Below, piece after piece: positions 29,815 through 39,292 of a stretch of DNA of 64,000 nt. The stretch comes from Rhodothermales bacterium (GTDB lineage: Bacteria > Bacteroidota > Rhodothermia > Rhodothermales > Bin80). A model generated the notes under the pieces. That model did not search any database, had not been told where the DNA came from, and saw only the letters and a program-made list of their open reading frames with translations. Numbering within the stretch: the first letter of the stretch is position 1; every line of letters starts with the position of its first letter. Location of the stretch: positions 223,886-287,885 of the forward strand of contig OZ244626.1 of NCBI GenBank assembly GCA_965218495.1, in the 5' to 3' direction. Position numbers and translations under genes: made by a program.

Positions 29815-30944
29815 GTGAGCGCTTGCTCAAAGTCTGCGATAAGGTCGTCAGCGGCTTCGATGCCGACGGAGATCCGAACTAGGTCATCCGAAATCCCGAT
29901 CTGAGCACGCTCTTCGGGCGTGAGCGAGGCGTGGGAACTCATCGCAGGGCGTGTGACCAAGGATTCTACCCCGCCTAGGCTTGGCGCAAAGAGGGGCAGA
30001 TGCAGGTGCTCCACCAAATGACCGGCGGCCGGAAGCCCACCGGACAGCTCAATGCTGATCATTCCGCCAAAGCCTTTGAAGAGCCGTTTGGCCCTGGCGT
30101 GACGGAGATGGGTAGCCAGCCCCGGATAGTTAACCTTTGACACGGCAGCATGCCCTTCAAGGAAGTCCGCCAAGGCTAGGGCATTCTCATTGTGGGCGCG
30201 CATCCTGAGCGCGAGTGTCTGCAGACCGCGGTTTAGCAGGAAGCAGGCATGCGGATCCAGTGCGCCGCCCAAGTGCTTGAGCGTATGCTTGGCCCGCTGA
30301 ACCAGGTCTGCGCGTCCAACAATGGCACCGGCAACGATGTCCGAATGGCCGTTGAGGTACTTGGTCGCGCTATGCAGCGAAAGGTCAAACCCGTGTTCCG
30401 GCGCACGGTAGTTGAAAGGCGACGCAAATGTGTTGTCTATGAGCGACACCAAGCCCCTTGCCTGGGCAAATGTTACCACGGCCTCAAGGTCGCACACCTC
30501 CAGGAGTGGGTTGGTGATCGACTCCACGTAGATGGCGCGCGTACGAGGCATGAGGAACTGCTCCCATGTGTCCGGCTGATCTGCGTCAATGAAGGTGACG
30601 CCAATATCAAAGTCGCGCAAAAGGGACGTGGCGAAACTGTGCGTGCCGCCGTAGAGGCTGGCCTGCGCCAACAGGTGGTCCCCGGGTCTGAGGACCGACA
30701 GCAGGGCGCCCGAGATGGCGGTCATGCCGCTACCAGTGACCAGCGCTGCTTCCGCTCCTTCAATTGAGGCAAGCTTCGTATTGATTGCCTGCTGATTGGG
30801 CGTGTTGTTGTACCGGATGTAGCGCAGAGGACCTTCGTCATGCGCAAACATGGCAGTCTGGAAGATGGGTAGGCGCACCGCGCCGTCCACGCGCTGGTCA
30901 CTCTCCCCTGCGTGGACGAGGATTGTGTCAATAGCTTGTTTCAT
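29811..30944 (-). CDS. Cys/Met metabolism PLP-dependent enzyme (cystathionine gamma-synthase/lyase family)
   Basis: GSGMTAI, ESITNP, IDNTFASP, HSATKYLNGHSD and SLGGVESL motifs. Confidence 0.92.
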   Translation of the reverse strand: MKQAIDTILVHAGESDQRVDGAVRLPIFQTAMFAHDEGPLRYIRYNNTPNQQAINTKLASIEGAEAALVTGSGMTAISGALLSVLRPGDHLLAQASLYGGTHSFATSLLRDFDIGVTFIDADQPDTWEQFLMPRTRAIYVESITNPLLEVCDLEAVVTFAQARGLVSLIDNTFASPFNYRAPEHGFDLSLHSATKYLNGHSDIVAGAIVGRADLVQRAKHTLKHLGGALDPHACFLLNRGLQTLALRMRAHNENALALADFLEGHAAVSKVNYPGLATHLRHARAKRLFKGFGGMISIELSGGLPAAGHLVEHLHLPLFAPSLGGVESLVTRPAMSSHASLTPEERAQIGISDDLVRISVGIEAADDLIADFEQALT

Positions 30945-31022
30945 GGCAGAAAGTATTCCAGAATTAGTCTGTTGGCGGGTCCATTCACAATCAGCGGCGC
31001 AGCACAGTGGGCGTGCTGATTA

Positions 31023-31898
31023 TCAAAGCGTAAGTGTTCCGCGTATAACAGTGACGGCGCTGCCGCCTACCTTTACCGCTTCAATGTCGCAGGGTGGGCC
31101 GATAACCTCCACTGACGCCAAGCCGGGCCGTCCCATCCATTCACCCTGTTCGGCGGAGAAGGCGGGCTGCGGGATAAGCCCGAAGTGCCACAGGAATGCG
31201 CCCATGCCTCCAGTGGCAGACCCCGTGATCGGGTCTTCGAATTCGGGCGCGAAGTGGCGCGCAAAGGTTGATATGCCGCCATCCTGCACGCAGAAAAGGT
31301 GGGCACTGAAGAACTTGGCCCTTTTGCCAAGCGCCGCGAGTTCACGATACCGGACGTTCAGTCCCCGAAGCGAGCGTTGCTCACGTACGCAGACCATGAG
31401 TTGCGGCGTGCCGGTGCTTACGACCTGCACGGGTACGTCGCTATGCAGGTCGTCGAGCTCCAGGCCAAAAATGGGACAGATACGCTCAGCTGAGAGTTCG
31501 GTCAAGAATCGTGGCTTGAGCTGCGTCATTACCACGCGTTCGGGAGTGCCACCGCTACTGTAGATTTCTACCGGAATGGTTCCAGCCGACAGCTCCAGCC
31601 TGATGGTAGAGTAGGGGGGCTGTATTGGTAGACGGTTGGTTTCGGCCAGCGCGTGAATGGTAGCAATAGTCGGGTGCCCAGCAAGCGGGATCTCTGCCAA
31701 AGGCGTAAAGTAGCGGGCGCGTACATCGGCCACGGTGGAGTGCAGCACAAAAGCGGTTTCGGAAAGGTTTTGCTCCTGCGCGATGGCTTGCATCTCTTGC
31801 GCACACAGGCCATCTGCCTCAAACACGATTGCGCACGGGTTGCCACCGAGCGCCCTGGAGGTAAAGGCATCAACCTGCATAAACGGGAAGGTTCGCAT
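31023..31898 (-). CDS. PhzF family isomerase/epimerase
   Basis: VDAFTSRALGGNP, NLSETAFV, EIPLAGHPT, EDPITGSA and QGEWMGRP motifs. Confidence 0.92.
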   Translation of the reverse strand: MRTFPFMQVDAFTSRALGGNPCAIVFEADGLCAQEMQAIAQEQNLSETAFVLHSTVADVRARYFTPLAEIPLAGHPTIATIHALAETNRLPIQPPYSTIRLELSAGTIPVEIYSSGGTPERVVMTQLKPRFLTELSAERICPIFGLELDDLHSDVPVQVVSTGTPQLMVCVREQRSLRGLNVRYRELAALGKRAKFFSAHLFCVQDGGISTFARHFAPEFEDPITGSATGGMGAFLWHFGLIPQPAFSAEQGEWMGRPGLASVEVIGPPCDIEAVKVGGSAVTVIRGTLTL

Positions 31899-31997
31899 GG
31901 AATAAAGTGGGGATAACGTTCAGCGGCTTGTACGCGCGCCAACAAATTCGGCGCCCTGGAGTAGCAGTATGAGTCATTTACGGGGCCGTGCCCATCG

Positions 31998-34181
31998 GTG
32001 TATCCAACAACTCTGCACGCTATGCAACGTCTCGGCGCCATCGCTTCGCTCGCATTTGCTTCGCTCTTTTGCGCAGCCTGCAGCCAACCAGGGGAGGAAT
32101 TGCCGGAGCCCTCGCGCCTTGTAGCTATGAATCTGGCAGCGCATCCAGACGACGAGGACGGTGCGACCATGCACTACTATCGGCAGGCCAAGAACTACCG
32201 CGTATACAGCGTCATCTTTACCCGTGGAGAGGGCGGGCAGAACGAGATAGGCCCCGAGCTCTATGAGGCGCTGGGAGCGATTCGTTCCGAAGAGACCGAA
32301 AAAGCTGCACGAAGTCTGGGCACCCAAGTACATTTCTTGAATTTCTATGACTTCGGGTACTCCAAGACCGCTGAAGAGACGTTCGAGGCATGGGGTGGCC
32401 GCGAAAAGGTAACCGCTGAGCTTGTGCATATCATACGCCGGTTGCGGCCGGATGTGATCTTTACCAACCACGACACGGTGACAGTAGGCCCGGCGCGGCA
32501 GCATGGGCATCACCAGGCTGTCGGTATCGCTGCGTATGATGCATTCGCGCTGGCAGCAGATTCCGGATTCTATCTGGAGCAGTTGGAGGCTCCCAGCGTG
32601 GAGGTTTGGCAGCCCAGACGTTTGTACCTGCGGCACTGGCGCATGCCGGAGTCATACGATGCTATCGTACCTGTGGGAGACCGCAACCCGACTGCAGGAG
32701 ACTCCTATGCCGCGGGTGCCGCGGATGCGATTGGGTTTCATGCGTCGCAGGGGATGGGGCAATTCGCCGAGCGCGTTGCCGGGCTAAGCGCCAACCACTT
32801 TTCCCTATTGCGATCTGTTGACACACCGCCGGCAGGCGGTGACCTCTTCGCGGCGCTGGTGCCTCAGGCGTCGATAGCTCCGCATATTACCTATATGATA
32901 GATTCTGGGCGCATCGAGCCTCTTGCTACAGATCTGCTCACCGTTAATGACGCGCTCGTGGTCCGGGGCCAGGAGGTTTCGCTGACGTGGGCGGCGACTG
33001 AAGATGCACGCTTGGAACTTACCGGCGCCCTAGATACGGTGCTAACGACGAGTCCTGTCACGCTTCGCATTCCGCGCGATGCCCACTCTACCCGACCGGC
33101 GAAAGTGTATCAATACGGCAGGCAAAAGAATCATCCGCCCCTAGTCTACAAGGTTTTTGAGGATGACGTGCCTTCGCCCGCGTACGCCGGATATCTTCCG
33201 CTCCACATTGCACCGCCGGTTCATATAGAGCCCGCCAATGCGGTTGTACGCCTTAGACCCGGGGACAACCAGGTACCGTATCGTGCGCACGTTTTAGACG
33301 AAAAGCTGGAGGAGATCCGGATTTCGATCAGTGTTTCCCGCCAAGGTTCCACTTTGCCGCTTTACGAAGGCTCTGTCCGTCTGACCGCGAGGCCAAAAAT
33401 GGAAGGCTCCTTGGGCGTGCCGCTGCCCGGCGATCTTCCACACGGGGACTATGCCATAAATGTGCGCGGTCCCGGCGACGCCGGCTTCAGCATTGTCGGG
33501 CGCGTTTTCGAAGTGCAGGTGGCGCCGGGGCTTAAGGTCGGAGTGGTAACTAGCTACGACGATACCCTGCCGGCGGCGCTTGAAGCGCTCGGTGTGGACT
33601 TCGTCATGCTTGACTCCATGGCGCTGGCCACAGCCGCTTTTGAGGGTCTCCATACCATCATTCTGGACATCCGGAGCTACCTCGTGAGGACGGACTTGCG
33701 GCAAAGCAACGATGCGCTAATTGGCTGGGTCCATGGCGGTGGACACCTGATGGTCAACTACCACAAGACGTTTGAATGGAACAGCCAGGACGGCTCCTCG
33801 CTGGCGCCGCTCAGGCTGGAGCTCGGGCGCAGTCGCGTCACTCGCGAAGATGCCCCGGTCCGGGTACAGAACCCCAGCCATCCCGTGATGCGCTGGCCCA
33901 ACGTGATTGGGCCGGACGCGTGGGACGGATGGGTGCAAGAGCGTGGCTTGTACTTTCCTGAGACATGGGATCCTGCGTACGAGGAGCTCTTTTGTATGAA
34001 TGACCCGGGCGAGCCATCCCACTGTGGTTCGACGCTGCTAGCCTCAGTAGGAAAAGGGACGTACCTCTATACCGCATTGGGATTGTACCGGCAGCTTAAG
34101 GTGCATCATCCCGGAGCTTATGCCCTATTCGCAAACATGATTAGCCTTCCGCGGGCTCGCCATGAATTGAGCAATTTCTGA
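31998..34181 (+). CDS. PIG-L family deacetylase, exported/lipoprotein, with a C-terminal glutamine-amidotransferase-like domain
   Basis: AAHPDDED, TRGEGGQN, DFGYSKT, HGHHQ and WVQERGLYF motifs. Confidence 0.88.
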   Translation: MYPTTLHAMQRLGAIASLAFASLFCAACSQPGEELPEPSRLVAMNLAAHPDDEDGATMHYYRQAKNYRVYSVIFTRGEGGQNEIGPELYEALGAIRSEETEKAARSLGTQVHFLNFYDFGYSKTAEETFEAWGGREKVTAELVHIIRRLRPDVIFTNHDTVTVGPARQHGHHQAVGIAAYDAFALAADSGFYLEQLEAPSVEVWQPRRLYLRHWRMPESYDAIVPVGDRNPTAGDSYAAGAADAIGFHASQGMGQFAERVAGLSANHFSLLRSVDTPPAGGDLFAALVPQASIAPHITYMIDSGRIEPLATDLLTVNDALVVRGQEVSLTWAATEDARLELTGALDTVLTTSPVTLRIPRDAHSTRPAKVYQYGRQKNHPPLVYKVFEDDVPSPAYAGYLPLHIAPPVHIEPANAVVRLRPGDNQVPYRAHVLDEKLEEIRISISVSRQGSTLPLYEGSVRLTARPKMEGSLGVPLPGDLPHGDYAINVRGPGDAGFSIVGRVFEVQVAPGLKVGVVTSYDDTLPAALEALGVDFVMLDSMALATAAFEGLHTIILDIRSYLVRTDLRQSNDALIGWVHGGGHLMVNYHKTFEWNSQDGSSLAPLRLELGRSRVTREDAPVRVQNPSHPVMRWPNVIGPDAWDGWVQERGLYFPETWDPAYEELFCMNDPGEPSHCGSTLLASVGKGTYLYTALGLYRQLKVHHPGAYALFANMISLPRARHELSNF

Positions 34182-34339
34182 TCCAAGTGGTAGCAGTGGA
34201 TGCCTAAGAACGTATTGGTCGAGCCAGTGGCAATTGCCTCACGATTGGTTTGAAAGCGCCTCTGGTTGCGTGTATTCTGAGCCGCGAACCGCGATTGTGC
34301 GAGCCAGCCCGTCCTAATTGTCCATGCGTCCAGTACAAT

Positions 34340-35200
34340 CGTTTCCTGGGTGGATTCTCGCGTACGTTGTAGAAGCTGGCCTGCGTAAACAGGGCATGAA
34401 ACAGATTGGCGTTTTTCGTCTGGCACAGACCGCGTGTCTGGCGGTGGCCTCAGAGGTACTTTACAACCTCGAGCGCACGCCCCGCCCGTGCACGGATTCG
34501 ATTGATCGCTTTGTCGAATTGCTGGGCCTTATTCGTTAACGCTCACGCGGGAGGTTTTACGCAACGTGCTTCGCGCCTCGATTTATCATTGTTGCGTGCG
34601 GTCTTCATGCACGACCCTTGACGCGGCAGGTCATTCCTTGTTGCGCAGGATCTGCACCATTATCGCCGCGTCATCTAGGTTGGTAGGCGACACCCCAACA
34701 ATGTGGACGTTTGCATTGCTGTCGGTGCCAATGGGGCCCTTCATTCGATGATTCCTCTTTTGGTGGGTCTCGTCCTGGGATCCCTTCGCCGCGCCATGTG
34801 CTTCGCCCTTTGCGGCACCGCAGTGATGGCTGCTTTCTCTGCTGCGAGCCCGCGTACCGCTAACCCATGTGTCTCCGAGTGCTCCTGACCGAGACTGGGC
34901 GGCTCTCTGGTAAATTCAGGCAGCTGCAGCCAGTGCCTAAATGTGCAGATCATGGCGTCTGCGGGAGCAACGTCCTACCGCAGTCCAGAAAAGCGGCACA
35001 GAGTTAAGTTGTCGCATTGGACATCGTCCATGCCTGGGTACACCTAGCAAGGCCGGTGCAGCAGGAAGCCTACCCGCAGAATCAGCTCGAGAAATATGAG
35101 CGGCGCCCGCTGTCTCTCTTCTGATAGCGTGACGTAGCTCCGCAAGTACTATTCTCAGCGGCAATGCGCGCTTGGTGCACCGGCCGATGCACTCGGGTAA
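34340..35200 (-). pseudogene. Degraded IS5-family transposase relic (boundaries approximate)
   Basis: Colinear fragments across frames on the minus strand: LELILRVGFL..*VYPGMDD, MICTFRHWLQ, GLAVRG...AITAVPQRAK...RRDPRTRPTKRG, MKGPIGTD...VHIVGVSPTNLDD, RIRARAGRALEVVKYL*GHRQTRGLCQTKNANLFHALF. These follow the IS5 motif order LRIHFLQ, TILNFR, RDPEMHQTKKG, MKAHIGVD, RARVEHPF...RYRGLAKN. Confidence 0.8.
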
Positions 35201-35826
35201 TTTGATCTAGAGATGATAGGTACGGTCAAGAGTTGGCGCACCGAAGCCAATTGTACGTCAAGGGATCCTTCCGAATGGTTCAAATACTTGAACCTGCACT
35301 GCTTGTGGACTCTATTGCTCGTGTGGTGGGGCGCGACTTTTTTGAATTGCGCATCGGCGCAATCAGGCAGGCGAGGGTACCCAGGCCTGAACCGCTCCAA
35401 CAGGACGAATTCCACGCTACGTTGGTCCGTTGCCTCACTGTTGTCAGGGGCAGCGCGTTGGCTGCGTAGGTAAGGAAGATCGCACCGCCCGTCGATTGTC
35501 CAAGTGCGGGCTGCGTTCGGATGCGCGTTCCGGATCTTTGCACACCGCATGAGCACCGCTCTTGAGAATCAGGAATGGCGAGCATTGTGAGGGCCTAATC
35601 TCGGAGCGTTTCTTCGATCATTTCACAGGGCTTGGCCCGGATGCGTCGCTGATGTGGCTGGCGGCCGGGAACCGGCCGTCGCACAGGGAAAACTGCGAAG
35701 AGACTGTTGGCACAATGATAGTGCAGGGTATGCGGCAGGGGAGTAGCGCTGCAAGATGAATCGACAACGATTCTAGACAGTGAGCCTCAGGTGTGGTATT
35801 TTGGGACTGTGCCAACAGCACCTGCC

Positions 35827-35922
35827 ATGAACCGGAAGCAAAAAAGAGACCTGATAATGGCTTTGGGCATCCTGGCTGTCGTAACGGTAGTGATCGTCAT
35901 CGCCGTGCGCCTAATAGGGTAG
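35827..35922 (+). CDS. Putative 31-aa single-pass membrane protein
   Basis: MNRKQKRDLIMALGILAVVTVVIVIAVRLIG*: basic N-terminus followed by a 19-residue uncharged hydrophobic stretch; below the ORF track cut-off. Confidence 0.45.
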   Translation: MNRKQKRDLIMALGILAVVTVVIVIAVRLIG

Positions 35923-36486
35923 TTTTGCCCACTGGCCGAAGGGGCATATTGAATGCAGGCGTTCTCTCGGATACGTCGGGGGCTGCCAAGACCTCTTGTA
36001 GCCGTTTCTCCGGTTATCTGAGTGGTGTTCGCGCAACACTTTCGCGGGTTCTCCGCCCGCAGGCGATCTCTGCTGCTTTTAGCAAAGTGCGCAAATCCAG
36101 CAGTGAGTTCCCTTTAGCACGTAGCGGGGCGGCTGCGACCATGCTGCCTGCACGGTCACAGGCTTCGCTGCAAAGTGCAGGGTATGCCATAGGAAACTCT
36201 CCAGTACTCGCAGCACGCCGAAATCGGCGTTGGAAGATGGTCTGCAGTGTGCTAATCGACAGCGTGGCAGAAACGCCAATGCTGCCCTATTGGGGAATGC
36301 CGCTCTAGTTCAGCGTGCCCATGAGGCGTCTGGTGGGAGCTGCGCCCTACTTGAGCCATCGGATTGACGCCGTGTAGCCTTCCAGATGGGGAACATGAGT
36401 CCACGACATATTCTGCGGTGCAGTCTCATGGTCGTTACAGCCGCCATTATGGCCAGGCCCGGTGGTGTGCGCCTGAATGGGTAGGC

Positions 36487-36837
36487 CTAGCAGCACTGGT
36501 CGCACGGGCACATCGCACGCAGCCGACCCCATGTGTATATGCCGCTGTTGTGGCCATCATCCCATGTGAGGCGCAGTCCGATGCTGCCAGCCACCTCAAC
36601 CTTGACCCTGCGCCATTGTACAAGTGCCGGGACCCGAAAGATGGCCGGGTCCGGCAGCAAATGCATCTTCTCGTGGCCTTGGCACCCGGCACATGGGCAC
36701 GCGCGCCGCAGCCCGTCCAACGGGAATGTGCCTATGTGACCATCCTTCCAGGATATGACAAACTCCTGCGCCCCGTGATCTACGGTGATGCGCGCAGGTG
36801 TGTGCGAAGGTTGCAGCGGTGCGCCGCGAGAACGCAC
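36487..36837 (-). CDS. DUF971 / gamma-butyrobetaine hydroxylase N-terminal-like protein
   Basis: ISWKDGH, LRRACPCAGCQGH and WDDGHNSGIYTW motifs. Confidence 0.88.
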   Translation of the reverse strand: MRSRGAPLQPSHTPARITVDHGAQEFVISWKDGHIGTFPLDGLRRACPCAGCQGHEKMHLLPDPAIFRVPALVQWRRVKVEVAGSIGLRLTWDDGHNSGIYTWGRLRAMCPCDQCC

Positions 36838-36841
36838 AGTC

Positions 36842-37522
36842 CTAATGAGAGACTTCGGCTTCCTCCTCTTCGGCCCAGAACGGGTAGATGTCCTTTAAGA
36901 GCCCCTGAAGTTTTGTACGGCCACGGTTTATGCGGCTTTTAACCGTGCCCATCGGCAGGCCTGTGATGGAAGCGATCTCTTCATAGGATAGCTGCTGAAC
37001 ATCGCGCAGCACAACCACCTCGCGGAAGTTGGGCGGGATCCGGTTCAGGGCTTCCTGAATGTACTTATCCTGCAACGTGCTTTCAGTGTGTTTGTCTGGG
37101 GAAAATGACTCGTCAGGAATGGCCATTTCGTACTCTTCGTTGTCGCGGTTTACAGACTGGATTGAGTACATGCGACGGCGCTTGCGCTTACGGTATTCGC
37201 TACGCGCAAGGTTTCCTGCTATCGTGTACAGCCACGTGGAAAACTTCGCGATTCGCACATAGGAATGGCGATTGCGGTGAACGCGCATGTACGTCTCCTG
37301 CAGAAGGTCCTCACAGCGCTTCGTGTCGCCAAGAAAACTGTACAGATAGTGCATCAGGCGCTCACTGTAGCGGTCGAAGAGGATCTTGAATGCGTCCTCC
37401 GTACCCGCCTGGAAGTACTCCATCAGATCCTCGTCCGGCATGAGCTGGAGCTGCTCCAGCCGAGTCAAGGCCTTCCGTTGGCGATCTTCCGTCGACTTGC
37501 GTATGATACGTGCTATGGCCAT
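36842..37522 (-). CDS. ECF RNA polymerase sigma-70 factor (SigW/RpoE-like)
   Basis: Region 2 (CEDLLQET...KFSTWLYTIAGN) and region 4 (LSYEEIASITGLPMGTVKSRINRGR). Confidence 0.95.
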   Translation of the reverse strand: MAIARIIRKSTEDRQRKALTRLEQLQLMPDEDLMEYFQAGTEDAFKILFDRYSERLMHYLYSFLGDTKRCEDLLQETYMRVHRNRHSYVRIAKFSTWLYTIAGNLARSEYRKRKRRRMYSIQSVNRDNEEYEMAIPDESFSPDKHTESTLQDKYIQEALNRIPPNFREVVVLRDVQQLSYEEIASITGLPMGTVKSRINRGRTKLQGLLKDIYPFWAEEEEAEVSH

Positions 37523-37585
37523 TCTACTATTGGTGTCGAATTTAATTGTCTCTGCCTACAAGGATTACCACTTATCCGATAGCAG

Positions 37586-37610
37586 TACGCAAAACCGCGA
37601 ACTTCGTTAC
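37586..37610 (-). promoter_or_regulatory. Candidate autoregulatory ECF promoter (GTAAC-N16-CGTA)
   Basis: Minus strand reads AGCGTAAC-GAAGTTCGCGGTTTTG-CGTA about 64 nt upstream of the sigma ATG; AAC and CGT cores are typical of ECF -35/-10 elements. Confidence 0.55.
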
Positions 37611-37633
37611 GCTCTACATGTACCATTAGATTG

Positions 37634-38071
37634 TCATCGCTTGTAGACAGTAAATATAAGGCCGCGCCGGCAAAAGAGGCTCTGTAGACTTGTCCCTTCA
37701 CAAATCTTTGCGTTGCTACGGGCCTTCTGCTTTTCGAAATTGCCGGGCGCAAGGTTGTCTGGTGTAGAGTACAGCCACGCACAATATGTGTCGCTGCGCC
37801 GATAGGTCTGGTAGTTTCGGCAAACGAGCGAGAGTGTCTGCTGCGGAAATTTCTTGCTGCACTTCGTACTATGCAAGAAGCCGTACAACAAGGCCGTCAG
37901 GCGCTCGTTGAAGCGTCTGGTGTGGACGGTAACCCCGCCCTGCGTGCCCGCCTGGCCGTTCACCGTCAGGTCCTCGTCCCTTACCAGCTGGAGCCCGTCG
38001 TGCCAACGGGAGGCGCTGTGCTGCATCTTTTCCGTCAATTCGAGCACGAATGCCTGTTGTAGGAGCTGCAT
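37634..38071 (-). other. Truncated tandem paralogue of the adjacent ECF sigma factor (region 2 only); small CDS or pseudogene
   Basis: Gapless manual alignment to the downstream sigma gives 41 of 106 identities (LQLVRDEDL/LQLMPDEDL, QAGT, ERL..LY.FL, WLY....NLA). No region 4. Confidence 0.8.
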
Positions 38072-38447
38072 TACGTGGTACCTGCTTGCAAGCTTTGCCT
38101 TTTTGCGCCGGTAGTATGCAAGAGCGTGAACTTCCTTGCTCTCTCCGCATTGAAACGGGTTGCCGCGCATTTTAGTACGTCAAATCTAAAAAGCGCACTA
38201 TTGTCGTCGCTCGAATTTCCCTCTAATTCTGTGCCAAGATTTGGCACAGTAAAAGCTACGGCTTTGTAGCGACAAAGCCTTGAAGAGCAAGGTTGTTAGG
38301 CTACGGGCGCCATGCGCGATACCAATCTGGCATAGAAGCCCGCTTGTCTCTGTCCCCGATGGGGTTTTGGGCGCAGAAGGTGCTGCATGTGGCCCGATCT
38401 TTGCCGTTGGTTCCGGTAACGCATTCCACTCCAAACAAAGTAATGTC

Positions 38448-38966
38448 ATGCAACGACCAATGGTTATAGGAATTGCGGCTATCCTGCTGGCCGGCTGCGT
38501 AGAAGCTGTTGGCCCTGTTGGCCCTCCGGGCAACGCGAACGTTCATTCGGTAACAATCAGCTTTTCGCTCCAGGATGCGGCCCTCAACGGCAGCGTTGCA
38601 TCCCAAGGATACCAGGTGCCGGACATAACCCCGTCAGTGGTGGATCGCGGCGCGGTACTTGTGTACTTCAGGGACCAGCGCACATGGACGGCGCTACCGT
38701 TCACGGTTGGCATTGAGAGTTCCGATGTAGTGGCGGTCGACTATACCTTTACTATGGGGTATGCCTACGACGATGGCTTCGTGGAGATCTTTATTGAGGC
38801 CTCCACAGATGACGAAGTCATCTGGAGCGACATCGTGAACCTGCTGCCAGAGGAGTACATCATGAAGGTGGTCGTAATCGATGGATTCGACGCGGCGCGA
38901 GAGGCCGGGCTTGATCCAGCGGACTACGGGGCAGTCCAGGCGTTCTACGGTCTTGATGCACATTGA
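38448..38966 (+). CDS. Hypothetical lipoprotein with a short GPxGPxG motif
   Basis: Lipobox LLAGC, then GPVGPPGNANV and GAVLVYFR...WTALPF; ATG 38448 chosen. Confidence 0.75.
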   Translation: MQRPMVIGIAAILLAGCVEAVGPVGPPGNANVHSVTISFSLQDAALNGSVASQGYQVPDITPSVVDRGAVLVYFRDQRTWTALPFTVGIESSDVVAVDYTFTMGYAYDDGFVEIFIEASTDDEVIWSDIVNLLPEEYIMKVVVIDGFDAAREAGLDPADYGAVQAFYGLDAH

Positions 38967-39009
38967 CGGGTTTTGGTGCTAGCGCCTTCGTGCTAACTGA
39001 CCAGGTGCC

Positions 39010-39288
39010 ATGGTCGATCCCCTTGCATATCCAATCGACGGCGTGCTTGATTTGCATGTCTTCAGTCCACGCGAGGCCCGTAGTGTCGTTCAGGAATACC
39101 TCAGGGAGTGTCGGGCGCGTGGCATTCTGCGAGTGCGGATTATCCACGGCAAGGGGCGCTCCGTGTTGCGGGGCATGGTGCACCGCCTGTTCGACGCGGA
39201 CCCGGCGGTGCTGGAGTACCACGCCGCAGGGGACCGAAGCGGCTGGGGCGCGACAATCGTCTACCTATCACCCTTGGAAGGTGGCTGA
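39010..39288 (+). CDS. Stand-alone Smr/MutS2 domain protein
   Basis: LDLH, RIIHGKG and GWGATIVYL motifs. Confidence 0.92.
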   Translation: MVDPLAYPIDGVLDLHVFSPREARSVVQEYLRECRARGILRVRIIHGKGRSVLRGMVHRLFDADPAVLEYHAAGDRSGWGATIVYLSPLEGG

Positions 39289-39292
39289 CGAC

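Noticed and set aside
35923-36486. Remaining non-coding stretch and ORFs 35793-36308 and 36364-36942
   Set aside because: No motif or codon-pattern support; probably decayed DNA or antisense shadow.
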